From Nitrosopumilus sp. (GTDB lineage Archaea; Thermoproteota; Nitrososphaeria; Nitrososphaerales; Nitrosopumilaceae): DNA of 64,000 bases. The stretch spans positions 320,001-384,000 of the forward strand of contig OY763927.2 in the NCBI GenBank assembly GCA_963667665.2, in the 5' to 3' direction. Below, one piece after another: positions 20,533-29,442 of this stretch (position 1 is its first letter; each line of letters begins with the position of its first letter). The translations under genes and the position numbers were made by a program. The notes beneath the pieces were generated by a model, which did not search any database, was not told the DNA's origin, and saw only the letters and a program-made list of their open reading frames with translations.

Positions 20533-22743
20533 ATGTCTGAACAACTAGAAAAAATTTTTACATTTCCAGATGAATTTCCACCAATAACTACAGGATTATT
20601 ACTCGATGATGGGATAATTATTACAGGTCATTATAATGGATTTGTAGTAAAATGGAAAATTGGCTCAACGAAATATGATATACTTCATGATTGTGGCGAT
20701 AAAGTAGAAACTCTATCTAAATCTCCTACAAACCAAATTTTAGTTGGTTGTAATTCGGGGTTTCTATTCCATTTTGATCTTAATAATCCTACAGATAAAA
20801 TTATAATTCAAAAAGGAACAAATACAATATCATCTCGTATTTGGAGATCTGTATGGCCAACTGATGACACAATTCTAACAACTTCTACTTACGGTGGATT
20901 AAATTTATTCAATAAAACAGATTCAAAATGGAATAATGAATTATTATCAGGTCATTATCATAGCATTTTTGGAATTACTAATAAAAATGATAGATATGTT
21001 GTTTCAGGTGATTATAAAGGAAAAATAATAATTTGGGAAAAACATGATGATGGTTACAAATCTATTGATGAAGTAAATATTCAAGGCTCTGTAGAAGATA
21101 TTTCATGGATTAAAGAAGAGTCTTTTTCAGCAATTGATAATCTTGGCCACATCAATATTTTTGAATTAGATTCTACATCTGGATTATGGAAATCAATTGT
21201 TGGAGCTGATGTAGCTACTAGTAGAGGACATTGCATACATGTTATTAACAATGGAAAAACAGTTTTTGCTGGTACTGATACCGAGCTTATTCAATTTGAT
21301 CTTGATTCCCAACAAATTCAAACAAGTAATTTAGAAAAAATTAGAAAAATTTTTTCAGAAGGCAATCGAGTTTATGTACTTTCTGTAATTGGACTCTACT
21401 CATTTGAACCAAATAAAATACAAGTGCCTGTTGAACTTGTCAAATATCAATATGCTAAAGTTAGCCTCATTGGTCACACAGGAGTAGGTAAAAGTACATT
21501 ATGCAGTTCTATTGTTACTGGTTCAACGGATAATGTCAAATCTACTTTTGGAAAAAAGATTTGGACATGGAACTTACCCGATAACAATGATGGACCTGAA
21601 CAAAGAATAATTTTTCATGATCATGGTGGTCAAGAGACAGTTCTGGGTACATTTCTCCCGTTTCTCTCAGATTCAAATATAATTTTGGTATTTTTCAAAC
21701 AAACAGATAAAACTACATTTGATAAAGCCTATGAAATTATTAACGAATTAAAATCAATAGTTACCAAAAAATCTAAAATTTATCTTGTCCAGACACACAT
21801 CGATGAAGAGATTATCGATGTTGATGAAAGCCATATAGCTCAACTTATTGAATTAGGAGAAATTGTCAATTGCTTCAAAATATCACCAAAAACGGGTGAA
21901 GGAGTAGAAGAATTTTTGAAACAATTACAGAATGAAATTGACTGGTTGGAATCTAAAACGATGGCGCAATCTGAATATGTAGAAGGTCTCATGAAAACTA
22001 TCACCGATTTATCCATATTCGATGGTACAGTTGTAAGCTTTAATTCTGTAAAAAACTCTTTTCAAGAAAAAACATCTTTGAATATAACTACTGGTCATTT
22101 GAATTTTCTTTTAACTAACTTTAGTAATCAAGGATTTATTGAATATTATCCTGATGTTTTGAAATCAGTAATTTTCAATAATGATGAGTATAATAAACTA
22201 CGAAGTAATGTACCGATTTTGGTAGATCAGGCAAATGGAATTATTTCAATAAAAGAAATTGAATCTGTCTTCAAACCTTCAACGTACTTGCAGATCTTAG
22301 ATAATGTTTATTTGAGTTATTCTATTGCGATAAAAGATAACGATGTACGAATTTTTCCTGATAAACTTAAAACTGAAGGAAGTACTGTTAAGAAACCTTA
22401 TGAAGATTTTTTGAAAAAACCTAGTCATCAATTCGAGTATCTCTTTCCATTACAAAAAATAAAATTGTATAATCTAATTGGACCCTTAATTGAATTAAAA
22501 TTAAAATGCATTGATGCGTCTAAGTTTGATGGATTATTCGCCTGGGAAACAAATGCTTGTCTTTATTACTCAATTGGAGAAGTAGGTAATTCAATTACTG
22601 GAAGAAATTCTAAGATATCTTATTTTATAGGGGGAACTGATAAAAAAATTTGTGATAGACTAAACAATGAATTTTCATCTATATTGATGCGTCTCTTTGG
22701 TCATAACATTTCTCAAGACACACAAACTAGTACATTAAACTAA
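20533..22743 (+). CDS. WD40 beta-propeller - Roc GTPase - COR-like (Roco) protein
   Basis: WD40-like blades (SGDYKGKIIIW, GHYHSI); G1 GHTGVGKS, G2 STFG, G3 DHGGQE, G4 QTHID, G5 SPKTGEG; COR-like NQGFIEYY and IFPDKL. Confidence 0.8.
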   Translation: MSEQLEKIFTFPDEFPPITTGLLLDDGIIITGHYNGFVVKWKIGSTKYDILHDCGDKVETLSKSPTNQILVGCNSGFLFHFDLNNPTDKIIIQKGTNTISSRIWRSVWPTDDTILTTSTYGGLNLFNKTDSKWNNELLSGHYHSIFGITNKNDRYVVSGDYKGKIIIWEKHDDGYKSIDEVNIQGSVEDISWIKEESFSAIDNLGHINIFELDSTSGLWKSIVGADVATSRGHCIHVINNGKTVFAGTDTELIQFDLDSQQIQTSNLEKIRKIFSEGNRVYVLSVIGLYSFEPNKIQVPVELVKYQYAKVSLIGHTGVGKSTLCSSIVTGSTDNVKSTFGKKIWTWNLPDNNDGPEQRIIFHDHGGQETVLGTFLPFLSDSNIILVFFKQTDKTTFDKAYEIINELKSIVTKKSKIYLVQTHIDEEIIDVDESHIAQLIELGEIVNCFKISPKTGEGVEEFLKQLQNEIDWLESKTMAQSEYVEGLMKTITDLSIFDGTVVSFNSVKNSFQEKTSLNITTGHLNFLLTNFSNQGFIEYYPDVLKSVIFNNDEYNKLRSNVPILVDQANGIISIKEIESVFKPSTYLQILDNVYLSYSIAIKDNDVRIFPDKLKTEGSTVKKPYEDFLKKPSHQFEYLFPLQKIKLYNLIGPLIELKLKCIDASKFDGLFAWETNACLYYSIGEVGNSITGRNSKISYFIGGTDKKICDRLNNEFSSILMRLFGHNISQDTQTSTLN

Positions 22744-22745
22744 AA

Positions 22746-23162
22746 ATGTTTGAATTTGATGTTGCACTTTCATTTGCAGGTGAGCAAAGAGTTTATGTTG
22801 AAAAAGTTGCATATTTTTTGCAAAACAAAGGACTCACTGTGTTTTATGATAAGTTTCATCAATCTCATCTGTGGGGTAAAGATTTATCGATATATCTTCA
22901 TGATGTTTTTTCTAACAAATCAAAATTTTGTATAATGTTTATTTCTAAAGAGTATATTGAAAAAGCTTGGCCTAGTCATGAAAGAGAAGCAGCGCTTCAA
23001 AAGCAAGTTGAAGTTGGAGGCGGTTATATTCTACCAGTGCGATTTGATGATACAGTGGTTCCTGGTCTTCCTGACAGTATCTCATATATTGATGCAAATA
23101 CCTACACCCCAGAAAATATTGCCAAAATGTTTTTAGAAAAATATGAGAATAAAAATACATAA
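22746..23162 (+). CDS. TIR domain protein
   Basis: FDVALSFAGEQR, VFYD, FISKEY, WPSHE (putative catalytic Glu), ILPVRFD. Confidence 0.92.
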   Translation: MFEFDVALSFAGEQRVYVEKVAYFLQNKGLTVFYDKFHQSHLWGKDLSIYLHDVFSNKSKFCIMFISKEYIEKAWPSHEREAALQKQVEVGGGYILPVRFDDTVVPGLPDSISYIDANTYTPENIAKMFLEKYENKNT

Positions 23163-23191
23163 TTTTCAATCATTATAATCAAATATCTTTA

Positions 23192-24400
23192 CTAACGAAT
23201 AATTTCCAAAATTTTCTCAGGTGGAATTTGCCCATAACTTTTTTTTAATTCATCAATGGTATGCCATTCTCCAACTTCTGCAATAATTCCATAGTTGTAG
23301 TTAGTTTTGGATAACCAGTAATGAGCACCAATATGCCTGAGTACGTGCGTAGAATGACTGAGAAAATAGTTAGTGTTTTTCCCCAAATGTTTGTAGATTT
23401 GAATTAATTTTTTTCTTATATCTATTTGAAATGCATATCTTGATTCATTTGATTCATAAATTTTATTGCAGCCTCTTGCACGAAGTAAATCAATACTTTG
23501 TTGTGTTTCTTTTTTTGTGATGTACTTTGTCCATTTTCCTCCTCTAATGTGTGATGTCTTTGATTCAATCGCAGACATAACATAGATTATTTTTTCACGG
23601 TTGTTGTATGTGGTATAGTCATTTGTCATTGTATATAGTGCACCAAATCTTGCACAAGATTCTATTCCAATCCAGAACCATCTGTAAATATCAGAATCAA
23701 TTCCCCATCTTTCTTTGATAAATGAATCAGCTTGCTCTAGTTCTGTAGTTGTTAGTCTAATGTCTGCATACAGTCCATGTGATAATACTTTTTGTGACAT
23801 TATTCCCCCAACTCCTTTTCTCCATGTAATGTTGTAAAATCCACAAAAGTCTCTTACTGCTTGTACTCTGGTATATACAACCCACTTTATTCCGTTAGGT
23901 CTGTTTCCTCTGGGATCTCTTGTATCTTTTTTTTGTGAACATAGTTGTGCAAAACTTCGCATAATTTTTTCAGTATTTCTTTGAGAGACTAACAAATCTG
24001 ATGGATGAATTGAACACGTATTGCATACTGATTCTAGTGAACGTAGACGAACTTTCCAGTTTCTTAGTGGTTCGACTCCCTTTCGAGTTATCAGATCATC
24101 TATCCATTCGGCAACTAGTATCTCTGATGTTATTGGATGATCTTTGTTGAATTGACGGAACTTTTTCTCTGATGGAATCTTTGGTAGAATGAATCTTCCT
24201 GTGTTAGTTTTCTCTAACTTCATTCTTTTCATATAGTTGTAGACTGTTTTTCTACACACTCCGAGCATCTTTGCTACCTCTGTCATTGGTATGGGATATG
24301 GTCTGGAACCTGTACCGTGAACCATATCTGATATCTCTGTAATTATCTGAGATTCAGATGCTCTCTTGCCGTGCAGGCGCATTCTGGGAACAAACTTCAC
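23192..24400 (-). CDS. Tyrosine recombinase/integrase with N-terminal HTH
   Basis: SCARF (R), ESKT (K), HVLRH (HxxR), GEW (W), KKSYG (Y); HTH MTEVAKMLGVCRKTVYNY; GAGGTG SD upstream of the GTG start. Confidence 0.88.
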   Translation of the reverse strand: MKFVPRMRLHGKRASESQIITEISDMVHGTGSRPYPIPMTEVAKMLGVCRKTVYNYMKRMKLEKTNTGRFILPKIPSEKKFRQFNKDHPITSEILVAEWIDDLITRKGVEPLRNWKVRLRSLESVCNTCSIHPSDLLVSQRNTEKIMRSFAQLCSQKKDTRDPRGNRPNGIKWVVYTRVQAVRDFCGFYNITWRKGVGGIMSQKVLSHGLYADIRLTTTELEQADSFIKERWGIDSDIYRWFWIGIESCARFGALYTMTNDYTTYNNREKIIYVMSAIESKTSHIRGGKWTKYITKKETQQSIDLLRARGCNKIYESNESRYAFQIDIRKKLIQIYKHLGKNTNYFLSHSTHVLRHIGAHYWLSKTNYNYGIIAEVGEWHTIDELKKSYGQIPPEKILEIIR

Positions 24401-24527
24401 CTACTTACACCTCAGGCCAAGCCTCGAATTTTTTTTAGAAATTACTTTGTGTGTGCTATTTTCTAGAACCAACGAAAGTTAGTACCCAAATTAACGTATT
24501 TTAAAAGGACTTGAGATAAATTAACTT

Positions 24528-25019
24528 ATGACTACTAGAACCCAGGTAATCCTTCCTATTTTCATTGCAGCTGTAATAGTTGGAGTTGTTGGTTTGGCTA
24601 CTCTTCCAAGTGATATTAAATTAGAATCTGTTGAATTTCCTGTGGGCATCATCAAAGTTGATGATGTTCCTCTTCAAGTACAGATTGCTGATACTGAACC
24701 TAGACGCGTTCGTGGATTAATGTTTCAAGATCAACTTCCTTTAGATCAGGGAATGATCTTTGTGTTTCAACAATCTGGTCTTCATTCTCTATGGATGCTT
24801 AACATGCAATTCTCTCTTGATATGATTTGGTTTGATCAAGACGGAAAAGTTGTGCATATTGAAAAAGATGTTCCACCATGTAAAAATGCATTAGAAATTA
24901 TAACCTGTCAAAGTATTATTCCTGAAGGTGAATCAGTTTATGTTCTTGAGGTTACTTCAGGATTTGTTGAAGAAAATAACATTACAAAAGATTCAATTTT
25001 GAGTATTATCTCCATTTAG
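24528..25019 (+). CDS. DUF192 domain protein
   Basis: RGLMF, GMIFVF, LWMLNMQFSLDMIW, YVLEV; N-terminal TM. Confidence 0.9.
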   Translation: MTTRTQVILPIFIAAVIVGVVGLATLPSDIKLESVEFPVGIIKVDDVPLQVQIADTEPRRVRGLMFQDQLPLDQGMIFVFQQSGLHSLWMLNMQFSLDMIWFDQDGKVVHIEKDVPPCKNALEIITCQSIIPEGESVYVLEVTSGFVEENNITKDSILSIISI

Positions 25020-25060
25020 AATTGCAAAAACTTATCATAGAATGATAAAATCTGTATTTT

Positions 25061-25693
25061 ATGAACAAGTTGATTTTAATTTTCGTTATTGTTGGTATTG
25101 CAGTAATAATTTCTGCCTCATTGCTTTTAATTTCTGAAAACCCATCAGTTCCTCAATCAAAACCAATCTATGAAGTGGGTTTTACTTTTAATGATGTTGA
25201 CAAAATTAAAAAATCTCTGTCAACACAAAAAATTTTCATGTCTTCTCCAATCGAAATCACTGATCATACTATAGGTAAATATTGTCCCTCCTTTGCCGAT
25301 ATTCAAAACCCCATTAATCATTGTGCTACTACTGTTATCACAGACATTAATGGAAACTCTCTCGGAAATATCAACATGGGTGGAACTACTGATGGCCCAA
25401 TTATGGCATTAGCCATTATTGACTCATCTCCATTTTTAGATTCAAAACAAGATACAGTTAACTATGTTTTTCAAACAATGATTGAAACCTTGGTGTGTGA
25501 TTGCTGGGAAGAAAAACAGCCTGGAGGCTTTGAATCAGTTAGTGCATGGCTAGATGTTGCTGCAGAAAAATATGCTGAATCTCCTCAAAGTACACTCACA
25601 TCAAAAATTGAAGGCCTAGAAAATATGAAAGTGATTTTGAAGATAAAATCTACAAATGAAAATTATCTATGGACATTAATTGTACTCAAGTAA
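25061..25693 (+). CDS. Conserved thaumarchaeal membrane-anchored hypothetical protein
   Basis: N-terminal TM, LVCDCW motif. Confidence 0.7.
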   Translation: MNKLILIFVIVGIAVIISASLLLISENPSVPQSKPIYEVGFTFNDVDKIKKSLSTQKIFMSSPIEITDHTIGKYCPSFADIQNPINHCATTVITDINGNSLGNINMGGTTDGPIMALAIIDSSPFLDSKQDTVNYVFQTMIETLVCDCWEEKQPGGFESVSAWLDVAAEKYAESPQSTLTSKIEGLENMKVILKIKSTNENYLWTLIVLK

Positions 25694-25871
25694 GTCTAAT
25701 TAGACATCACAAAGTGTTAGTAATAACGTAACAAAATCTGCCAAAATTGATGGTTTACCAATATGTTTCGAGCCTAAAATGTTTTTCAATCTAGTAGATG
25801 TATAGAGGATTTTTCTCTCTTTATTGATCCAAGTTAAGTAAAAGATTCACGTTATTTTGTTGATTGTGAAA

Positions 25872-26249
25872 ATGAGTGAAATTCTACAGTTACTCAATAT
25901 TGTAAAAGAAGCATCTTGTGATATTTACCAGGACTTAGGAGCTGGATATAATGAAACTGTCTATGAAGAAGCATTAGCAGTATAGTTTAGAGCTCGAAAG
26001 CTAAAGTACAATGTAGAAGCAAATGCAGAAATTTTCTATAAAGGTATCAAGGTCGGTATTCATAGACTTGATTTTATTGTAGAGAAGAAATTAGTTGTAG
26101 AACTAAAGGCTCAACCTAAACTAACTGCATCCCATGTAGGACAAACTATTTCATATCTGAAAACACTTAATCTACCAAATGGAATTTTAGTTAATTTTCC
26201 TTATCCAGATAAACCAAAACCTGTTTTCAAAGAAGTTAATGTGTTTTAA
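25872..26249 (+). pseudogene. GxxExxY protein (PD-(D/E)xK-like) with in-frame TAG at 25983
   Basis: Manual translation: LGAGYNETVYEEALAV*F...RLDFIVEKKLVVELKA...QTISYLK...GILVNF. Confidence 0.85.
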
Positions 26250-26278
26250 TTAATTCTAAATGTACAGGTTATTATGTT

Positions 26279-26548
26279 CTATTTTAATGGAAGAGTATCA
26301 ACAATGTGAATTTGTTTTTCTTTCATGAAATATGCACATCGCAAAACGACGTCTTCTTCTTCAACATAGACTTTGAAACCTTCTCCACAAGAATAGTAAT
26401 TCATTGACCCCATAGATCTTGTCATGTTTCTAATAGCTTCTATCTCTCTTACGTAATACGCAAAAGTTTTTCCGTCTTCTGAACCACGTGCTCGGATCCA
26501 GCTGATAATTTGTGAACTGATGTAAACAATCCAACCATTAGATGACAT
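26279..26548 (-). CDS. Hypothetical protein (89 aa)
   Basis: ORF only, inside the insert. Confidence 0.45.
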   Translation of the reverse strand: MSSNGWIVYISSQIISWIRARGSEDGKTFAYYVREIEAIRNMTRSMGSMNYYSCGEGFKVYVEEEDVVLRCAYFMKEKQIHIVDTLPLK

Positions 26549-26655
26549 GCAAATTTCTTGACGTTAAGTTCCAGTTAAACGTTATGTGTAATCACGCCAA
26601 GTGTATTGACATTTCTGACAACGATAAAATCTGTTTGTAGTAAGATAGTAAGTGT

Positions 26656-26787
26656 TTAGGCGTCTAGAATTTCTTTTAGATCCCCAGTGTATTTCATTGG
26701 AGTTATGGTGCCATTTCTGACTTTTTCTTTGTATGCTTGCATAGCTTTGGTATCCTCATTTTCCCATGTTATGTTTTGTTTTTGCAT
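26656..26787 (-). CDS. Small hypothetical protein (43 aa)
   Basis: MQKQNITWENEDTKAMQAYKEKVRNGTITPMKYTGDLKEILDA*; TATA-like TTATAT upstream on the minus strand. Confidence 0.45.
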   Translation of the reverse strand: MQKQNITWENEDTKAMQAYKEKVRNGTITPMKYTGDLKEILDA

Positions 26788-26956
26788 ATTAAATCGAATG
26801 CCATATAGCATATAATGATTTAGATTTTAAAATCAGTGAATCTGATCAGATTTCCTTAGGTAGTTCTAGTCGTAAAGTGGTAAAGTGTACTTAAAGAAAT
26901 CCATAAATTCTTAATTTCAGGATCAACAGTTACTTCGATGCTCTGTTACTCTATTA

Positions 26957-27015
26957 CTACTTAGGCGTTAAGACTACTTAGACACCTAAGTGGTAAGACT
27001 ACTTAGATACCTAAG
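26957..27015. repeat. Tandem palindromic repeats TAAGACTACTTAGAYACCTAAG x2 plus a partial CTACTTAG
   Basis: Copies at 26969-26990 and 26994-27015, each with a CTTAG-N4-CTAAG dyad. Confidence 0.8.
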
Positions 27016-27229
27016 AAAAAAGTGGAAGTTTGCCTCTTTGCTAGCTGAGGGGACCTCACTAGAACATCTCTTTGAGTACGTGATTATAATATTTACAAAT
27101 TTGAGGCTCAATGTCCTGGGTTGGCAATATGTTTTGAGTGTAAATTATTCTTCAATCTAACTAATCCAAATTATTATTATTAACAAACTGTATCTAGTAA
27201 GTCTAATTATATACAACAAAATTCTTTGA

Positions 27230-28015
27230 TTGGCGATTACAATGATTGATCATCTGTGGTTAATTCCTCTGGGATTTGTTGCAGGAGTATTGGGTTCTAT
27301 GATTGGTCTTGGTGGTGGAATTATAGTAGTTCCTGTATTGACCTTTCTAGGATTTTCTCCAACAGCTGCTGCAAGTAACAGTCTTTTTGCTGCATTAAGC
27401 AATGCTATTGCATCAACCATTTCCTATTCTAGACAAAAAAGAATTGAATATTCATTAGGTCTAAAACTTGGATTACTTACAATTCCTGGAACCATTCTCG
27501 GTGCAGTTATTTCTACTGATGTATCTCCTGATATTTTTAAAATATTATTTGGTTTTGTGTTGATTGCATCTGCAGCTTACATATTTTTGAGAAAAAAAAT
27601 TGAAACAAAAGAAAAAACACTATCCACACAAATGATGGTTTTTGCGATTGGTGCTAGTTTCTTTGCAGGAATAATTTCTTCATTTTTTGGAATAGGTGGT
27701 GGGATAATCTTTGTGCCTTTGATGGTGGTTGGAATGGGGGTGGCAATGAAAAAAGCTGCTCCTACTTCTCAAATGATTTTATTATTTGCATCATTATCTG
27801 GAGTGATAGCTCATAGTATTTTGGGGCATCCTGATTTTACTCAGGCAGGATTTTTAGCAATTGGTTCTTTTCTTGGTGGATTAGTTGGTGCAAGATTATC
27901 TTTAGATATCAAAGAACGATATTTGAAAATCATAGTATCTGTTGTAATCTTGATTGCAGCTGCAAAACTGTTTTTTGATTCTATATCTGATGGTACAACC
28001 ATCTTTGGATTTTAG
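27230..28015 (+). CDS. Sulfite exporter TauE/SafE family protein
   Basis: GLGGGIIVVP and GIGGGIIFVP repeats, AAPTS, multiple TMs. Confidence 0.92.
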   Translation: MAITMIDHLWLIPLGFVAGVLGSMIGLGGGIIVVPVLTFLGFSPTAAASNSLFAALSNAIASTISYSRQKRIEYSLGLKLGLLTIPGTILGAVISTDVSPDIFKILFGFVLIASAAYIFLRKKIETKEKTLSTQMMVFAIGASFFAGIISSFFGIGGGIIFVPLMVVGMGVAMKKAAPTSQMILLFASLSGVIAHSILGHPDFTQAGFLAIGSFLGGLVGARLSLDIKERYLKIIVSVVILIAAAKLFFDSISDGTTIFGF

Positions 28016-28067
28016 CCTCGAATCCTTTCTTGTGTTTTTATAATAATTTTGTAATGTATGTTGTTCA

Positions 28068-28113
28068 TTAGGTCCTTGACCTAAAGGGCTGGAGAGACCA
28101 GTCGGCTCTCCGG
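28068..28113 (+). ncRNA. Candidate small structured RNA or DNA hairpin element
   Basis: GC-rich patch with hairpins TTAGGTC-ctt-GACCTAA and GGAGAG..CTCTCC; TTTATAAT ~25-30 nt upstream, T-run downstream; between convergent genes. Confidence 0.35.
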
Positions 28114-28143
28114 TATTTTACTCACTAAAATAACCAATCTCTC

Positions 28144-28707
28144 TTAAGAATTATTTTTTAACCATTCTAAAATTTCAAAAATATGCTTGTCAGGTGGAAA
28201 CACTGGATAAAACACTTTGATAATTTTAGAATTTTTAACAATTAACGTTAATCGTTTGTATAATGTCTTGTCCTCTACATTAAACGTTGGAATGTTGAGT
28301 TTTTTTTGAAATTCTAATTTATTATCTGATACCAAGATTTGTGATAATTTTCTTAGTGAATACAATTGCTCGAGTTCATAAATTGATTGAGATGTTATTC
28401 CAATTGGTGTTGCATCATATTTTTCTAATGCCTTTTTATGTTCACTAAATGAAATATTTTGAGGAGTACATCCACGTGCTCCTGGAATATCATTCCATCC
28501 TGAAGGTAAACTTTTTTCTGGAACAGACATCATTGGGAAAAAATACAAAATACCATATTGTCGGCTAATGTTTGATAAATCCAAAAAACTATCATTTGTA
28601 GATGGTAAAATGATGTCAGGAATTTGTCGTCCTAAAAGATGATTACATACACCGTCATTATCTGGCTGAGGGAGATCATCTGGAAGTTTTATTATATCTT
28701 CGTCCAT
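28144..28707 (-). CDS. Peroxiredoxin/redoxin family protein
   Basis: LPDDLPQPD, IPGARGCTPQ, KRLTLI, KVFYPVFPPD. Confidence 0.9.
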   Translation of the reverse strand: MDEDIIKLPDDLPQPDNDGVCNHLLGRQIPDIILPSTNDSFLDLSNISRQYGILYFFPMMSVPEKSLPSGWNDIPGARGCTPQNISFSEHKKALEKYDATPIGITSQSIYELEQLYSLRKLSQILVSDNKLEFQKKLNIPTFNVEDKTLYKRLTLIVKNSKIIKVFYPVFPPDKHIFEILEWLKNNS

Positions 28708-28783
28708 TTACTATCTGAATATTACTCTTTTATCTATAGAATTGCAATACCAAGATTTGAACTCTAAAGACAAATCTCTATGT

Positions 28784-29410
28784 TTATATTAAAATAACTA
28801 ACATTACCAACGCCAAAAATGCCATACCCCAGTCTTCAATTAGTGTTACTTTAGTTAATGGAACTTTAAGGAATGTTCCAAGACATGAACATTGGAATTG
28901 TTCTTTCTTCAATAATTTTATTGTAACACCTATACCGCTAAAGGTCATGACAAATAATTCTACAAACAGGAGAGTGCGTGATTCTGGAATTAGTATCATA
29001 CTTAGACCAAAAAACAATTCAATAAATGGATAAATGTATCCATAGGAGAAGAATTTTTTTGCTAACAAGTCATATGTGAAATATCCTTGTGCAAATCCTT
29101 TCAAGTCAAACAACTTGAAACCCGCAAAGGTAAGGAAAAATCCTATCATGAAATAAGATAATGTTTTGTTAATTGTGAAAGTGCCTTCTCTATAATCCCC
29201 AATGGTAATTGCTATTGTTGTGAGTAGTAACAAACCAAAAACCACCAATAATGGCGTGTAATCTTTCCATGTTGTATCTTTAGTTTGTGGGGAGTCAGAT
29301 TCCGCTTTATCATTTGATGGTTTTGATTCCACAAGATCCATCCCACATTTTGAGCACCTAGCAGGTTTGTCTTCTGTTATTTCTGGATGCATTGGACATA
29401 TGTAATTCAT
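28784..29410 (-). CDS. Heavy-metal-binding domain (YxCPMHP) fused to MauE/DoxX-like membrane domain
   Basis: YICPMHPEI..RCSKCGMDL; YDLLA, YPFIEL, CSCLG, TLIED. Confidence 0.9.
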   Translation of the reverse strand: MNYICPMHPEITEDKPARCSKCGMDLVESKPSNDKAESDSPQTKDTTWKDYTPLLVVFGLLLLTTIAITIGDYREGTFTINKTLSYFMIGFFLTFAGFKLFDLKGFAQGYFTYDLLAKKFFSYGYIYPFIELFFGLSMILIPESRTLLFVELFVMTFSGIGVTIKLLKKEQFQCSCLGTFLKVPLTKVTLIEDWGMAFLALVMLVILI

Positions 29411-29442
29411 ATATCATTATGATCTAATGACATAGTTATAGA

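Larger units (their letters stand above)
11340..24480. mobile_element. Integrative genomic (defence-type) island with terminal tyrosine recombinase; boundaries approximate
   Basis: Integrase at right end; TIR, HNH, MazG-like, Roco and atypical Hsp70 cargo; repeated junction sites; flanked by core-type genes. No att duplication identified at the outer ends. Confidence 0.7.
25689..27209. mobile_element. 1.5-kb degenerate insert flanked by exact 14-bp direct repeats AGTAAGTCTAATTA
   Basis: Copies at 25689-25702 (containing the upstream stop codon) and 27196-27209 (just upstream of tauE); interior has a pseudogene, small ORFs and repeats. Confidence 0.7.

Noticed and set aside
25983-25985. In-frame TAG as pyrrolysine recoding
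   Set aside because: It falls where Glu (GAG) is expected, within a decayed insert; no pyl genes are seen.
27080-27111. GTGATTATAAT...TGAGGCTCAA as a fourth junction site
   Set aside because: Spacing and core differ too much from the three clear copies.
25689-27209. Casposon
   Set aside because: The duplication length is compatible, but there is no Cas1-like gene, no PolB and no convincing terminal inverted repeats.
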